The translations under genes were made by a program, and so were the position numbers. Shown one piece after another: positions 10,107 to 18,352 of a stretch of 52,995 nucleotides of DNA. Source of the DNA: Chloroflexota bacterium. GTDB lineage: Bacteria; Chloroflexota; Limnocylindria; Limnocylindrales; CSP1-4. Where the stretch lies: assembly GCA_031395155.1 (NCBI GenBank), contig JANNUK010000227.1:1-52995 (forward strand). Direction: 5' to 3'. Position 1 is the stretch's first letter; each line of letters begins with the position of its first letter. Below the pieces are notes generated by a model. The model was not told the origin of the DNA. It did no database searches and was given only the letters and a program-made list of their open reading frames with translations.

Positions 10107-10112
10107 CGACCC

Positions 10113-10913
10113 GTGCTTGAGTCCCCCGCCCCACGCGTGATCGCGGCCGACGACGAGCGCTACAACGCGTCACTCGTCCGACGCGTCGATCAGCACGAGA
10201 GCCTCGCCTACTTCTGGATCCGCTTCGACGCCGAGGCGACTCTGTTCGAACCCGGCCAGTACATGACGATCGGCGTGATGGTCGACGGCCGGATCGTGCA
10301 GCGGCCCTACTCCGTGGCGTCTTCGCCGCGCGTCGCGGGCGACGAGGGGTACGAGCTGTACATCCGCCTCGTGAACGGCGGGCAGTTCACGCCGCTCCTG
10401 TGGGACCTGCCGGTCCGTCACCGGATGCGGATGATCGGCCCGAAGGGCAAGTTCGTCCTCGAACCGGACGACGATCGGATCCACCTCTTCATCTCGTCGG
10501 GGACCGGCAACGCGCCGTTCGTGTCGATGATGCGAACGCTCCTGCGCGATGGCGCCCCGCGACGCGCGGTGTTCCTCAACGGCGTCTCCTACGAGGGCGA
10601 CCTCGGGTACCGCGAGCTCCTCGAGGGCTGGCAGGCATCGGGCGAGTATCCCGTCGGCTATGAGCCGACCGTCTCGCGGCCAGCCGACCCTGCGAACGCG
10701 GAGTGGACCGGGCGCGTCGGGCGAGCGGAGGTCGCGCTCGCGGGCGTCCTCGACGATCACGGCCTGACAGCGGACAACGCGATCGCCTACCTGTGCGGCA
10801 ACCCGGACATGATCCTTGCTGCGGAAGCGACGCTCCTTGAACGAGGCTTCCCCGGGGATCAGGTCAAGAAAGAGCTGTACTGGCCGAAAGGCAAGGAGCC
10901 GAAGGGCGCCTAG
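10113..10913 (+). CDS. fpr: Ferredoxin/flavodoxin--NADP(+) reductase (Fpr-like, FAD/NAD(P)-binding)
   Basis: FAD motif [18 protein letters not shown](P) motif [22 protein letters not shown]. Start refined to in-frame GTG 10113; upstream track residues are Arg-rich antisense of the ppdK leader. Confidence 0.75.
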   Translation: MLESPAPRVIAADDERYNASLVRRVDQHESLAYFWIRFDAEATLFEPGQYMTIGVMVDGRIVQRPYSVASSPRVAGDEGYELYIRLVNGGQFTPLLWDLPVRHRMRMIGPKGKFVLEPDDDRIHLFISSGTGNAPFVSMMRTLLRDGAPRRAVFLNGVSYEGDLGYRELLEGWQASGEYPVGYEPTVSRPADPANAEWTGRVGRAEVALAGVLDDHGLTADNAIAYLCGNPDMILAAEATLLERGFPGDQVKKELYWPKGKEPKGA

Positions 10914-12322
10914 GGCCGCGTCGCCTCCATCCGGTCGAGGATCGCGCGCTTCACGCCCTCGAGCGGGATCCGCACCTGGGTCATGGAGTCCCGATCGCGA
11001 ACCGTGACGGCCCCGTCCTCGATCGACTCAACGTCGACTGTCACGCACCATGGCGTCCCGATCTCATCCTGGCGCCGGTAGAGCTTCCCGATCGCCGCCG
11101 TGTCGTCGTAGACCGCCATCACGTCTCGGGCGAGGTCGGCGCGTAGCCTGTGGCACAGCTCCACGATCTCCGGCCGCTTCTTCAGCAGCGGCAGCACGGC
11201 GACCTTGTACGGCGCCAGATCCGAATGGAGGCCGAGGACGACCCGTTTCTCGCCCCTGACCTCCTCTTCGCGATAGGCATCGATGAGGAACGTGAACGCG
11301 GCTCGATCGGCCCCGGCCGCCGTCTCCACGATCCACGGGATGAAGTGCTCCTCGGTCGCCGGATCGAAGTACTCGAGGTTCTCGCCCGACGCCTCGGCGT
11401 GGCGCGAGAGGTCGAAGTCACCCCGGTTGTGGACGCCCTCGAGCTCCTTCCAGCCGAACGGGAAGCGGTACTCGATGTCGACGGCCTTCCTGGCGTAATG
11501 GGCAAGCTCGTCGGGTCGGTGCGCACGCGTTCGAAGACGGTCGGGCGTGACCCCATACGCCTCATACCAGGCGCGTCGTCGAGGGAGCCACTCCTCGAAT
11601 GCGGCCGCGGCCACGTCGCCGGGTCGAACGAAGTACTGCATCTCCATCTGCTCGAATTCGCGCATCCGGAAGACGAAGTTGCCGGGGCTGATCTCGTTGC
11701 GGAAGGACTTCCCGATCTGGGCGATCCCGAACGGGACCTTCTTGCGGCTCGACTGCTGGACGTTCTTGAAGTTGACGTAGCTGCCCTGGGCCGTCTCGGG
11801 CCGGAAGTAGACGATCGAGGCGTCGTCCTGGACCGGGCCCATCGTGGTCTGAAACATCAGGTTGAAACGACGGGGCGCGGAGAGCGGTCCGCCGTCGTTC
11901 GGGCAGGTGAGCCCGAAGCGCTCCACGACCGTCGCGTCCAGCACGTCCGTGGCGGTCAGATCCTCCGCACCGGGGAGCTCATCCAGCCGGTAGCGGCGCC
12001 GGCACGTCGCGCACTCCACGAGGGGATCGGAGAACGAACCCACGTGTCCCGATGTCACCCACACCTGGGGGTGCATGAGGATCCCCGCGTCAAGGCCCAC
12101 GATGTCGGTGCGGTCCTGGACCATCGCCCGCCACCAGGCGCGCTTCACGTTGTTCTTCAGCTCGACGCCCAGGGGCCCGTAATCCCAGACGGCGTTGATG
12201 CCGCCGTAGATCTCGGAGGATGGGAAGACGAACCCGCGACGCTTGGACAGCGAGACGATCGTGTCGAGGTTTGCGACGGCGGGCATGACGTCGTCGGGTC
12301 CGGGGGTTGAAGGGGTCGTCAC
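10910..12322 (-). CDS. glyQS: Glycine--tRNA ligase (homodimeric class II GlyQS type)
   Basis: [31 protein letters not shown], motif 2 [25 protein letters not shown], and a C-terminal anticodon-binding domain. The start is GTG 12322 or ATG 12286. Confidence 0.92.
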   Translation of the reverse strand: MTTPSTPGPDDVMPAVANLDTIVSLSKRRGFVFPSSEIYGGINAVWDYGPLGVELKNNVKRAWWRAMVQDRTDIVGLDAGILMHPQVWVTSGHVGSFSDPLVECATCRRRYRLDELPGAEDLTATDVLDATVVERFGLTCPNDGGPLSAPRRFNLMFQTTMGPVQDDASIVYFRPETAQGSYVNFKNVQQSSRKKVPFGIAQIGKSFRNEISPGNFVFRMREFEQMEMQYFVRPGDVAAAAFEEWLPRRRAWYEAYGVTPDRLRTRAHRPDELAHYARKAVDIEYRFPFGWKELEGVHNRGDFDLSRHAEASGENLEYFDPATEEHFIPWIVETAAGADRAAFTFLIDAYREEEVRGEKRVVLGLHSDLAPYKVAVLPLLKKRPEIVELCHRLRADLARDVMAVYDDTAAIGKLYRRQDEIGTPWCVTVDVESIEDGAVTVRDRDSMTQVRIPLEGVKRAILDRMEATRP

Positions 12323-12388
12323 GGGCGGGCTCCGAAAGGGCGACCGGCCGTGGAAGGGGCGGTCGCGAGGGATGGGCGTGGTCGCCGA

Positions 12389-12397
12389 ATGCTACCA
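12389..12397 (-). promoter_or_regulatory. Candidate extended -10 (TGGTAGCAT) for glyQS
   Basis: The minus strand reads TGG TAG CAT. The TAG is the stop codon of the upstream secreted-protein gene. Confidence 0.25.
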
Positions 12398-13243
12398 GTC
12401 GCGGCGGTGGATGGCCCAGGCTCCCGCTCTGCGGACGCGCCGCCTGGCGACGAAGATGGCGACCACGTTCAGCAGGCTCAGGCCGATCACCATGAGCCAG
12501 AGGCTGCTGATCGGCTGGTCCGCCCCCGTCCCGCTGCCCAGGTCGGTGGGCGGCGGCGTCGTACCCGGATGGGTCGCGCCGTACTGGCCGCCCGTCGGCG
12601 TCGGCGTCGCCGTTGGGCTGACGGCCGGCGTCGCCGTCGTCGCGGCCACTGAACCGCTCGGGGCCGAGGTACCCGACGGACAGCTCAGCGACAGGGGTCC
12701 GGTCGGCGGATTCGAATCGATGGTCAGGTAGCCGTCGGCGCTGTCATCGAACATGAGGATGTGGGCCCGGATCGTATGCTCGCCCGGCACCACGACACCG
12801 GATGCCTCGAATCCGCGTGCCGCCGAACCAATTTGCCCCACCCAGGCAAAGTCGGGCGGGATCCCGTCGTCGCCCGACTCGCCGCTGACCAGCTTGCCGA
12901 CCCCGTCGATGCGCAGGAACGCGACTTCCGGGCGGTCGCTCTTGAAGATGGCACCATCCGTGGACAGCACCAGCGCGCTCAGGATCTGGGTTGCGCAGTC
13001 GTACCGAAGGCTGAACGTCCCAACCACCTTGGCGGAACCGTGGTGTTGCATCGTGGTGAAGAGGTCGCCCGGCGACCACTCGGACGGATCGCCATCGATC
13101 ACGGCGGCGCCGGGAGCGGGAATCGGCGCGAGCGCCGCCACGGGAACCGCGCCGGCGAGCGCGACGGCCGCCGCCGCGACACCCAGGCCGATGCGGGCCG
13201 GCCACGACCCGGTCGCCGCATGGAGACGAACCTTTGAGCTCAT
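12392..13243 (-). CDS. Secreted protein with Pro/Thr-rich stalk and C-terminal membrane anchor, function unknown
   Basis: Start refined to ATG 13243 (MSSKVRL..), preceded by GGGAGGAG. Signal-peptide-like ARIGLGVAAAAVALAGAVPVAALA, a globular ~170-aa part opening IDGDPSEW, a linker ATTATPAVSPTATPTPTGG, then SSLWLMVIGLSLLNVVAIFVARRRVRR. Confidence 0.6.
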   Translation of the reverse strand: MSSKVRLHAATGSWPARIGLGVAAAAVALAGAVPVAALAPIPAPGAAVIDGDPSEWSPGDLFTTMQHHGSAKVVGTFSLRYDCATQILSALVLSTDGAIFKSDRPEVAFLRIDGVGKLVSGESGDDGIPPDFAWVGQIGSAARGFEASGVVVPGEHTIRAHILMFDDSADGYLTIDSNPPTGPLSLSCPSGTSAPSGSVAATTATPAVSPTATPTPTGGQYGATHPGTTPPPTDLGSGTGADQPISSLWLMVIGLSLLNVVAIFVARRRVRRAGAWAIHRRDW

Positions 13244-13260
13244 CGGCTCCTCCCAGCCAG

Positions 13261-13282
13261 GCGGTCGATCATCGTCGACCGC
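13261..13282. repeat. Perfect inverted repeat GCGGTCGA-(6 nt)-TCGACCGC in the 5' region of the secreted-protein gene
   Basis: Read directly. Its near edge (13261) lies 18 nt upstream of the ATG at 13243, about 7 nt beyond the SD. Confidence 0.8.
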
Positions 13283-13495
13283 GCGACACCTGCCACCCGA
13301 ACTGCCTGACCCGGAGGCTCCGTCAAGAATCGACCTTCGGTCCAAGGTTGTCCAGTGTGGAATCGTGGGGTCAAGCGTAGTCGATCCCTGGGCCCGCCAG
13401 TCCACCGCCGCGCACGGCATGAGCCGTCACGCAAGGGCACGTGGCTCACGCGAGGGCCACCCGACCGCACCAGGCCATCCGTCGGCCGTCCCGGC

Positions 13496-14314
13496 TCAGT
13501 CGTTTCGAGGCGTGCCCGCCGATCCAGCCAGTTCGGCTGCCCTGGCCGGCTGCTGGTCGCCGCGGATCTCGTCGAGGAAGGCGAGTGACTTGGGATCGCG
13601 CTCCAGGGCCACCCGCAGGAAGTCACGAAGACCGGCCTCCACCTCCCGTTCCACGTCAACGGACAGGCGGAGGGCGGCGATTGCCTCGATGTCGAGGCGC
13701 TGGTAGGCCTTGAGCAGCTTGAGGGCCTCGAGGGACAGTTCGGTCCGGTCGTATGGCGGGCCGGGGCAGCGCTGACAGACCACGCCACCTGCGGGCGGCA
13801 CCCATCGATAGCGCTCATCCGACTCCAGCAGCCGATCGCACTCGACGCACCTGTCGACCTCCGGACGCACCCCATACTCGTCGGCCACCCGCATCTCATA
13901 CCAGCGGGCGACGCGATTCGCCGCCATCCCGGCGTCGAGCAACTGGTAGGCGCGGTGCAGCAACCGATACGTCGGCTCCGACGGGTGATGTTCTTCGAGC
14001 GAACGATCGGCGAGCTCGGCCAGGTACCACGCCGTCGCCGTTCCCTCGAGAGAGTCGCGCAGGCGCAGCCACGCGTGTCCGACGGTGACCTGGGTCACGA
14101 TCTCGAAGGTCCGGCCCCGCGCGAGTGCCACCGTCAGTTCGGCGAACGGCTCGAGGCTGCCTCCGATCCGCGACGTGGGACGTCGAATGCCCTTGGCGAT
14201 CGCCCGGATCTTGCCCAATCCCGGCGTGATGAGCGTCAGGACACGATCGGCCTCGCCCAGGTCGAACCGGGTGAGGACGATGGCCTCGGTCGTGTAACGA
14301 CGCGGCGCGGGCAT
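13496..14314 (-). CDS. recO: DNA repair protein RecO
   Basis: YTTEAIVLTRFDLGEADRVLTLITPGLGKIRAIAKGIRR (OB fold) and Zn finger CVECDRLL..CQRCPG. The start is ATG 14314 (preferred, see -10 box) or ATG 14332. Confidence 0.85.
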   Translation of the reverse strand: MPAPRRYTTEAIVLTRFDLGEADRVLTLITPGLGKIRAIAKGIRRPTSRIGGSLEPFAELTVALARGRTFEIVTQVTVGHAWLRLRDSLEGTATAWYLAELADRSLEEHHPSEPTYRLLHRAYQLLDAGMAANRVARWYEMRVADEYGVRPEVDRCVECDRLLESDERYRWVPPAGGVVCQRCPGPPYDRTELSLEALKLLKAYQRLDIEAIAALRLSVDVEREVEAGLRDFLRVALERDPKSLAFLDEIRGDQQPARAAELAGSAGTPRND

Positions 14315-14322
14315 GATCGACG

Positions 14323-14331
14323 ACGGTACCA
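14323..14331 (-). promoter_or_regulatory. Candidate extended -10 (TGGTACCGT) 8 nt before recO ATG 14314
   Basis: The minus strand reads ATGGTACCGTcgtcgatcATG. No SD precedes either ATG. Confidence 0.3.
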
Positions 14332-14399
14332 TCCGCGGCCGGCAGGCGGTTGCAGGGACAACCGGCTACTTCCACCGCGCATGTTCTGTGCCGGCACGG

Positions 14400-14405
14400 T
14401 ACACT
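14400..14405 (+). promoter_or_regulatory. Candidate -10 box TACACT 9 nt before the polyprenyl synthase ATG
   Basis: CGGTACACTgGACCC at 14397-14411 matches the context of the fpr box (CGGTACACTcGACCC, 10098-10112). No SD before ATG 14415. Confidence 0.35.
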
Positions 14406-14414
14406 GGACCCACG

Positions 14415-15449
14415 ATGAGCCAGATGGCCCGCCCGACCCTCGACCTGGATCTCGCGCAGCTCGTGGCCGACACGGAAACCGAGATTCGACGCGTCATCGG
14501 CGAGCGGGATCCGTCGACGAACGGCGTCTACGACATGGTCCGCTACCACCTCGGCCTCGACGGGTCAGGCGCGTCCTCGGGCAAGCGGATGCGCCCGCTG
14601 CTCGGCCTCCTCTCCTACGCCTCGATCGCGGGCGACCACCGACCGGCCCTGCCGGGTGCCGCGGCGGTCGAACTCGGTCACAACTTCAGCCTCGTCCACG
14701 ATGACATCGAGGACGGCGACTCGGAACGGCGCCATCGGCCGACGCTGTGGTCGATCCACGGCATCCCCCAGGCAATCAACGCGGGGGACATGCTCTTCAG
14801 CCTGAGCCGGATCGCCCTCCATCGCCTGTCCGACCTCGGCTTCAGCGACGCCAAGGTCCTCCGCATCATGCGGCTGTACGACGAGACCTGCGTGGCCCTG
14901 TGTGAGGGCCAGTACATCGATATCTGGACGAGCGAGCATGACGACGCAATGTCGGTCGAGTTGTACTTCGACATGATCGGGCGCAAGACGGCGGCGCTCA
15001 TTGCGGCCTCGATCGAGGCGGGCGCGCTCCTCGCGACCGACGATGACGAGGTCATCCGCCGCTATCGAGCCTTTGGGTGGTCGCTCGGGATCGCATTCCA
15101 GCTGAACGACGACCTGCTCGGCATCTGGGGCGCCGAACAGCGAACCGGCAAGGCAGCGACAGACGTGGCCCGGCGCAAGAAGACCCTTCCGGTCATCTAT
15201 GCCCTCGAGCATGCCGCGGCCGCCGACCGGGACCGCCTCCGGGAGCTGTACGCTGCGGACGGCACCGATCGGAGCGTGGTCTCGGAGATCGTGACGATCC
15301 TGGACCGCTCCGGCGCGCGCGAGTTCACTCGGGACGAGGCGCAGCGCCACCGGGACGAGGCACTGGCCCAGCTCGACGCCGCCGGGGTCGCCGACGCCGT
15401 CGCCCGTGAGCGACTGCACGAAATCGTCGTCGGGGTGATCAGCGCCTGA
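14415..15449 (+). CDS. Polyprenyl diphosphate synthase (trans-IPPS, GGPP-synthase-like; chain length unknown)
   Basis: First Asp-rich motif LVHDDIEDGDSERRHRPT, second Asp-rich motif FQLNDDLLGIWG. Start refined to ATG 14415 (MSQMARPTLDL..). Confidence 0.85.
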   Translation: MSQMARPTLDLDLAQLVADTETEIRRVIGERDPSTNGVYDMVRYHLGLDGSGASSGKRMRPLLGLLSYASIAGDHRPALPGAAAVELGHNFSLVHDDIEDGDSERRHRPTLWSIHGIPQAINAGDMLFSLSRIALHRLSDLGFSDAKVLRIMRLYDETCVALCEGQYIDIWTSEHDDAMSVELYFDMIGRKTAALIAASIEAGALLATDDDEVIRRYRAFGWSLGIAFQLNDDLLGIWGAEQRTGKAATDVARRKKTLPVIYALEHAAAADRDRLRELYAADGTDRSVVSEIVTILDRSGAREFTRDEAQRHRDEALAQLDAAGVADAVARERLHEIVVGVISA

Positions 15450-15454
15450 TTCGA

Positions 15455-15493
15455 CCAACCGGTCGAGCCAACCGGTCGAGCCAGTCGGTCGGT
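15455..15493. repeat. 13-bp tandem repeat CCAACCGGTCGAG x2 plus a degenerate third unit
   Basis: Units at 15455-15467 and 15468-15480 are identical; 15481-15493 reads CCAGTCGGTCGGT. CGACCAACCG (15452-15461) can pair with CGGTCGGTCG (15486-15495) with one mismatch. Lies between convergent stops at 15449 and 15502. Confidence 0.8.
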
Positions 15494-15501
15494 CGCGCGG
15501 T

Positions 15502-16845
15502 TCAGCCGCCGGTGGCCCAGCCGGCTGGGTCGCCGTCGTGCGCCGCCCGCTGACGCACGGCAAGGACCTTGCCGACGCGGCGGCCGTCCGTCGTTTCGAC
15601 GGTCAACACGAGACCGGCGACCTCGATGCGGTCGCCCGGCGACGGGACGCCGCCCACACGGTGATAGATGAGCCCGCCGACGGTGTCGTACTCCTCTTCG
15701 TCCTCGAGCGTCAGGTTCACGTCGAAGAGTTCGGCCAGTTCGTCCACGTCCGTGCGTCCGTCGACCCGAACCTCGTCGGCTGACAGGCGCACGATGAGTG
15801 GCTCCTCCACGTCGTACTCGTCCTGGATCTCGCCGACGATCTCCTCCAGGAGGTCCTCGATGGTGATCAGCCCCGCGGTGCCGCCGTACTCGTCGAGGAC
15901 CACGGCCAGGTGGACCCTGCGTCGCTGGAGCTCGTGCAGGAGATCGTCGATGGTCATGGACTCGGGAACGAGGATCGGCGGCCGCAGCAGGGTACGCAGC
16001 GCGGGCCGGGGCCCAGAATCGTCCTTCAAAAATCGCAGCAGGTCCTTCGCGTAGAGGATCCCGACGATCTCGTCGATCGATTCCTCGTACATCGGAATGC
16101 GCGAGTGCCCGCCGCCGACAATGGCGTCGATCGCCTCCTCCAGCGTCGCGGTCGCCGGGAGCGCGATCATCGCTACGCGCGGCACCATCACTTCGTGGAC
16201 GCGCCGCTCGCCGAGCTCGATGACGGCGTTGATCATCTGCTCCTCTTCGGCTTCCAGGATCCCCTGCTCCCCGCCGCGCTCCACGATGAGCTTCAGCTCT
16301 TCGGCCGTGATCTGTGCCTCGCGCGGGACGTCGGCGCCGAGGCGCCGTGAAATCCAGCGGGTGATCGCGGCGAGCACGCCGACCAGCGGCGAGAGCACCC
16401 GATTGAGGAGGTCGACCGGGCCCGACAGGACGAGGGCAAAGCGATCTGGATGGGCCAGGGCGAGCGACTTCGGGACCAGCTCCCCGAACACGATGGTGAA
16501 CAGCGACAGGAGAACCGTCACGGCGATGAGGGCAACGCCGTCGGCGTAGCCCGTCGGGACGCCGAGCGTGCGCAGCGACGCAGCCATCGATGATACCAGG
16601 GTGATCGCGGCGAATGCCGAGGCGAGGAACCCCACGAACGTGATCGCCAGCTGGATCACGGCGAGGAACCGGCCCGGGTCGTCGACCAGCCGGCGAACGC
16701 GCAGCGCCGAGCGGCGGCCCTCCTCGGCAAGCTGCTCGAGGCGACTGCGCCGCACGGTGATGAGGGCAATCTCGGCTGCAACGAAGACCCCGTTCACGAG
16801 AACGAGGACGGCGATCACGAGAAGCTCCACGAGGGTCTGGTTCAT
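15502..16845 (-). CDS. CNNM/CorC-HlyC family protein (DUF21 membrane domain + CBS pair + CorC_HlyC)
   Basis: N-terminal 4-helix domain VLVNGVFVAAEIALITVRRSRL, a CBS pair around VHEVMVPRVAMIAL and IVGILYAKDLL, and C-terminal LITIEDLLEEIVGEIQDEYD. Confidence 0.85.
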   Translation of the reverse strand: MNQTLVELLVIAVLVLVNGVFVAAEIALITVRRSRLEQLAEEGRRSALRVRRLVDDPGRFLAVIQLAITFVGFLASAFAAITLVSSMAASLRTLGVPTGYADGVALIAVTVLLSLFTIVFGELVPKSLALAHPDRFALVLSGPVDLLNRVLSPLVGVLAAITRWISRRLGADVPREAQITAEELKLIVERGGEQGILEAEEEQMINAVIELGERRVHEVMVPRVAMIALPATATLEEAIDAIVGGGHSRIPMYEESIDEIVGILYAKDLLRFLKDDSGPRPALRTLLRPPILVPESMTIDDLLHELQRRRVHLAVVLDEYGGTAGLITIEDLLEEIVGEIQDEYDVEEPLIVRLSADEVRVDGRTDVDELAELFDVNLTLEDEEEYDTVGGLIYHRVGGVPSPGDRIEVAGLVLTVETTDGRRVGKVLAVRQRAAHDGDPAGWATGG

Positions 16846-18254
16846 CCGACGGTGCCGTCGTCCTCCGCGGCAGGCTCAACCGGGCGGGCGCGAGGCTCAC
16901 GGATCCGGGCAGGGACACCGACGGCCAGCTTTCCCGCCGGGACGTCGCGGGTGACCACGGCTCCGGCGCCGGTCTGCGCGTCGTCGCCGATCTCGAGGGG
17001 GGCGACCAGCATCGAGTCAACGCCGAGGAAGACGCGGCTGCCGATCGTCGTCCGGTGCTTGCGGCGACCGTCGTAGTTGGCGGTGATCGTCCCCGCCCCG
17101 ACGTTCGTTCCCGGCCCGAGATCCGCATCCCCGAGATAGCTCATGTGGTGCTGCTTCACCCCGGCGCCGAGACGCGTGTTCTTCAGCTCGGCGAAGTTGC
17201 CGACCTCGGCGCCGGGGCCCACGACAGTCCCCGGTCGCAGATGGGCAAACGGGCCGACGGTGGCTCCGTCTTCAATCGCAGAGCGCTCGACGACACTCGC
17301 CCAGACGCGGCAGTCGCGGCCGATCGTCGAGTCGATGACCTGGCTACCGGCGCCCACGACGGTGCCCTCGCCCACTCGCGTGGCGCCCTTCAGAACGACA
17401 TTCTGTTCCAGGACAACGTCCGGGGCCAGTTCGACAGCCGCATCCAGGTACACCGTCGATGGGTCGGGCATGGTGACGCCGTCGCGCATCCAGCGCTCGT
17501 TGATCTCGGTCCGCATGTCCCACTCGGCCTGTGCCAGTTGCGCTCGATCGTTGATGCCCGTCAGGCGCCCGTCGTCGTCAGCGTCAAGCGCTGCGACGAG
17601 GCGTCCATCGGCCCGCGCCAGCTTCACCAGCTCGGTGAGGTAGATCTCGCCCGTTGACGGCGAGGGTCCGAGCGAGCCGATCCGGCCGCGCAGCCAGGCC
17701 GCGTCGAAGGCATACAGGCCCGCGTTGATCTCGACCAGGTCGCGTTCTTCGTCGGTGGCGTCGCGTTCCTCGACGATGCGCTCCACGGCACCGGCTTCGT
17801 TGCGCAGGACCCGTCCGAGACCCGACGGATCGTAGGCGGCGACGGCCACCACGGCGAGGGCTGCATGATCCAGACGGCGCTGCTCCAGCAAGTCGGCAAG
17901 GAGGCCGGCGGTCACACGCGGCACGTCGCCCGAAAGCACGATCACCTCGTCGACGTCCGGCGGGACAGCGGCCACGGCCGCCCGTAGCGCATCGCCCGTT
18001 CCGCGTGGCTCATCCTGGAGCACGTAGTCGACGCGATCGCCGAAGGCGTCGCGCACGACCGCCGTTGCCGGCGAGACAACGACGAGCGGGCGGGTTCCGG
18101 TCGCGCCTTCGGCAGCATCCAGGACGAACGCCAACATCGGCCGGCCGCACAAGGGGTGGAGGACCTTTGGCAGACGGGATCGCATCCGCGTGCCCAGCCC
18201 GGCCGCGAGCACGACGGCGACAACCCGGAGCGACCCGGTAGTCGGGGGGTTCAC
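16842..18254 (-). CDS. glmU: Bifunctional UDP-GlcNAc pyrophosphorylase / GlcN-1-P N-acetyltransferase
   Basis: VVLAAGLGTRMRS, LSGDVP, and a C-terminal left-handed beta-helix of hexapeptide repeats (IGRDCRVW.., VGPGAEVGNFAELKNTRLGAGVKQHHMSYLGDA). GTG start at 18254. Confidence 0.92.
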   Translation of the reverse strand: MNPPTTGSLRVVAVVLAAGLGTRMRSRLPKVLHPLCGRPMLAFVLDAAEGATGTRPLVVVSPATAVVRDAFGDRVDYVLQDEPRGTGDALRAAVAAVPPDVDEVIVLSGDVPRVTAGLLADLLEQRRLDHAALAVVAVAAYDPSGLGRVLRNEAGAVERIVEERDATDEERDLVEINAGLYAFDAAWLRGRIGSLGPSPSTGEIYLTELVKLARADGRLVAALDADDDGRLTGINDRAQLAQAEWDMRTEINERWMRDGVTMPDPSTVYLDAAVELAPDVVLEQNVVLKGATRVGEGTVVGAGSQVIDSTIGRDCRVWASVVERSAIEDGATVGPFAHLRPGTVVGPGAEVGNFAELKNTRLGAGVKQHHMSYLGDADLGPGTNVGAGTITANYDGRRKHRTTIGSRVFLGVDSMLVAPLEIGDDAQTGAGAVVTRDVPAGKLAVGVPARIREPRARPVEPAAEDDGTVG

Positions 18255-18352
18255 GGCAGGCGGCGCCGGGACAGGGTCGCGATCTGACGCGGGCTCCCGA
18301 CCAGGGCGAGGTCCTGCGCTTCGGGGGGTTCAGTCATCGATGGGTACGCGGC

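Noticed and set aside
7324-10140. 938-aa plus-strand ORF and 641-aa minus-strand alternate-frame ORF (8180-10105) covering ppdK.
   Set aside because: The ppdK frame carries unmistakable PPDK motifs end to end. The alternatives are Arg-rich with no recognisable motifs, which is a GC artefact.
9955-10173. Long N-terminal extensions in the ORF track (ppdK +73 aa, and likewise glmM, truA, rplM, rplE, rplR, rpmD, rpsN, tsaB, acpS, nnrD, ispE, rsmA and macro).
   Set aside because: The track starts each ORF at the furthest upstream ATG/GTG. The extensions overlap the preceding gene in another frame, are Arg/Pro/Ser-rich, and conserved protein N-termini begin at internal starts, often with ATGA/GTGA coupling.
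12323-12391. Possible T-box riboswitch upstream of glyQS.
   Set aside because: The gap is 69 nt, far shorter than a T-box leader, and there is no specifier loop or T-box sequence.
12392-12560. LPXTG-type sortase signal in the C-terminus of the secreted protein.
   Set aside because: A hydrophobic helix plus basic tail is present, but no LPXTG/LAXTG pentapeptide precedes it, and no sortase gene is in the window.
15197-17128. 643-aa minus-strand ORF overlapping the polyprenyl synthase, CorC-like and glmU genes.
   Set aside because: It is an alternate frame of real genes, with extreme Arg/Pro/Gly/Ser composition, and it spans a convergent intergenic gap. Not credible as coding.
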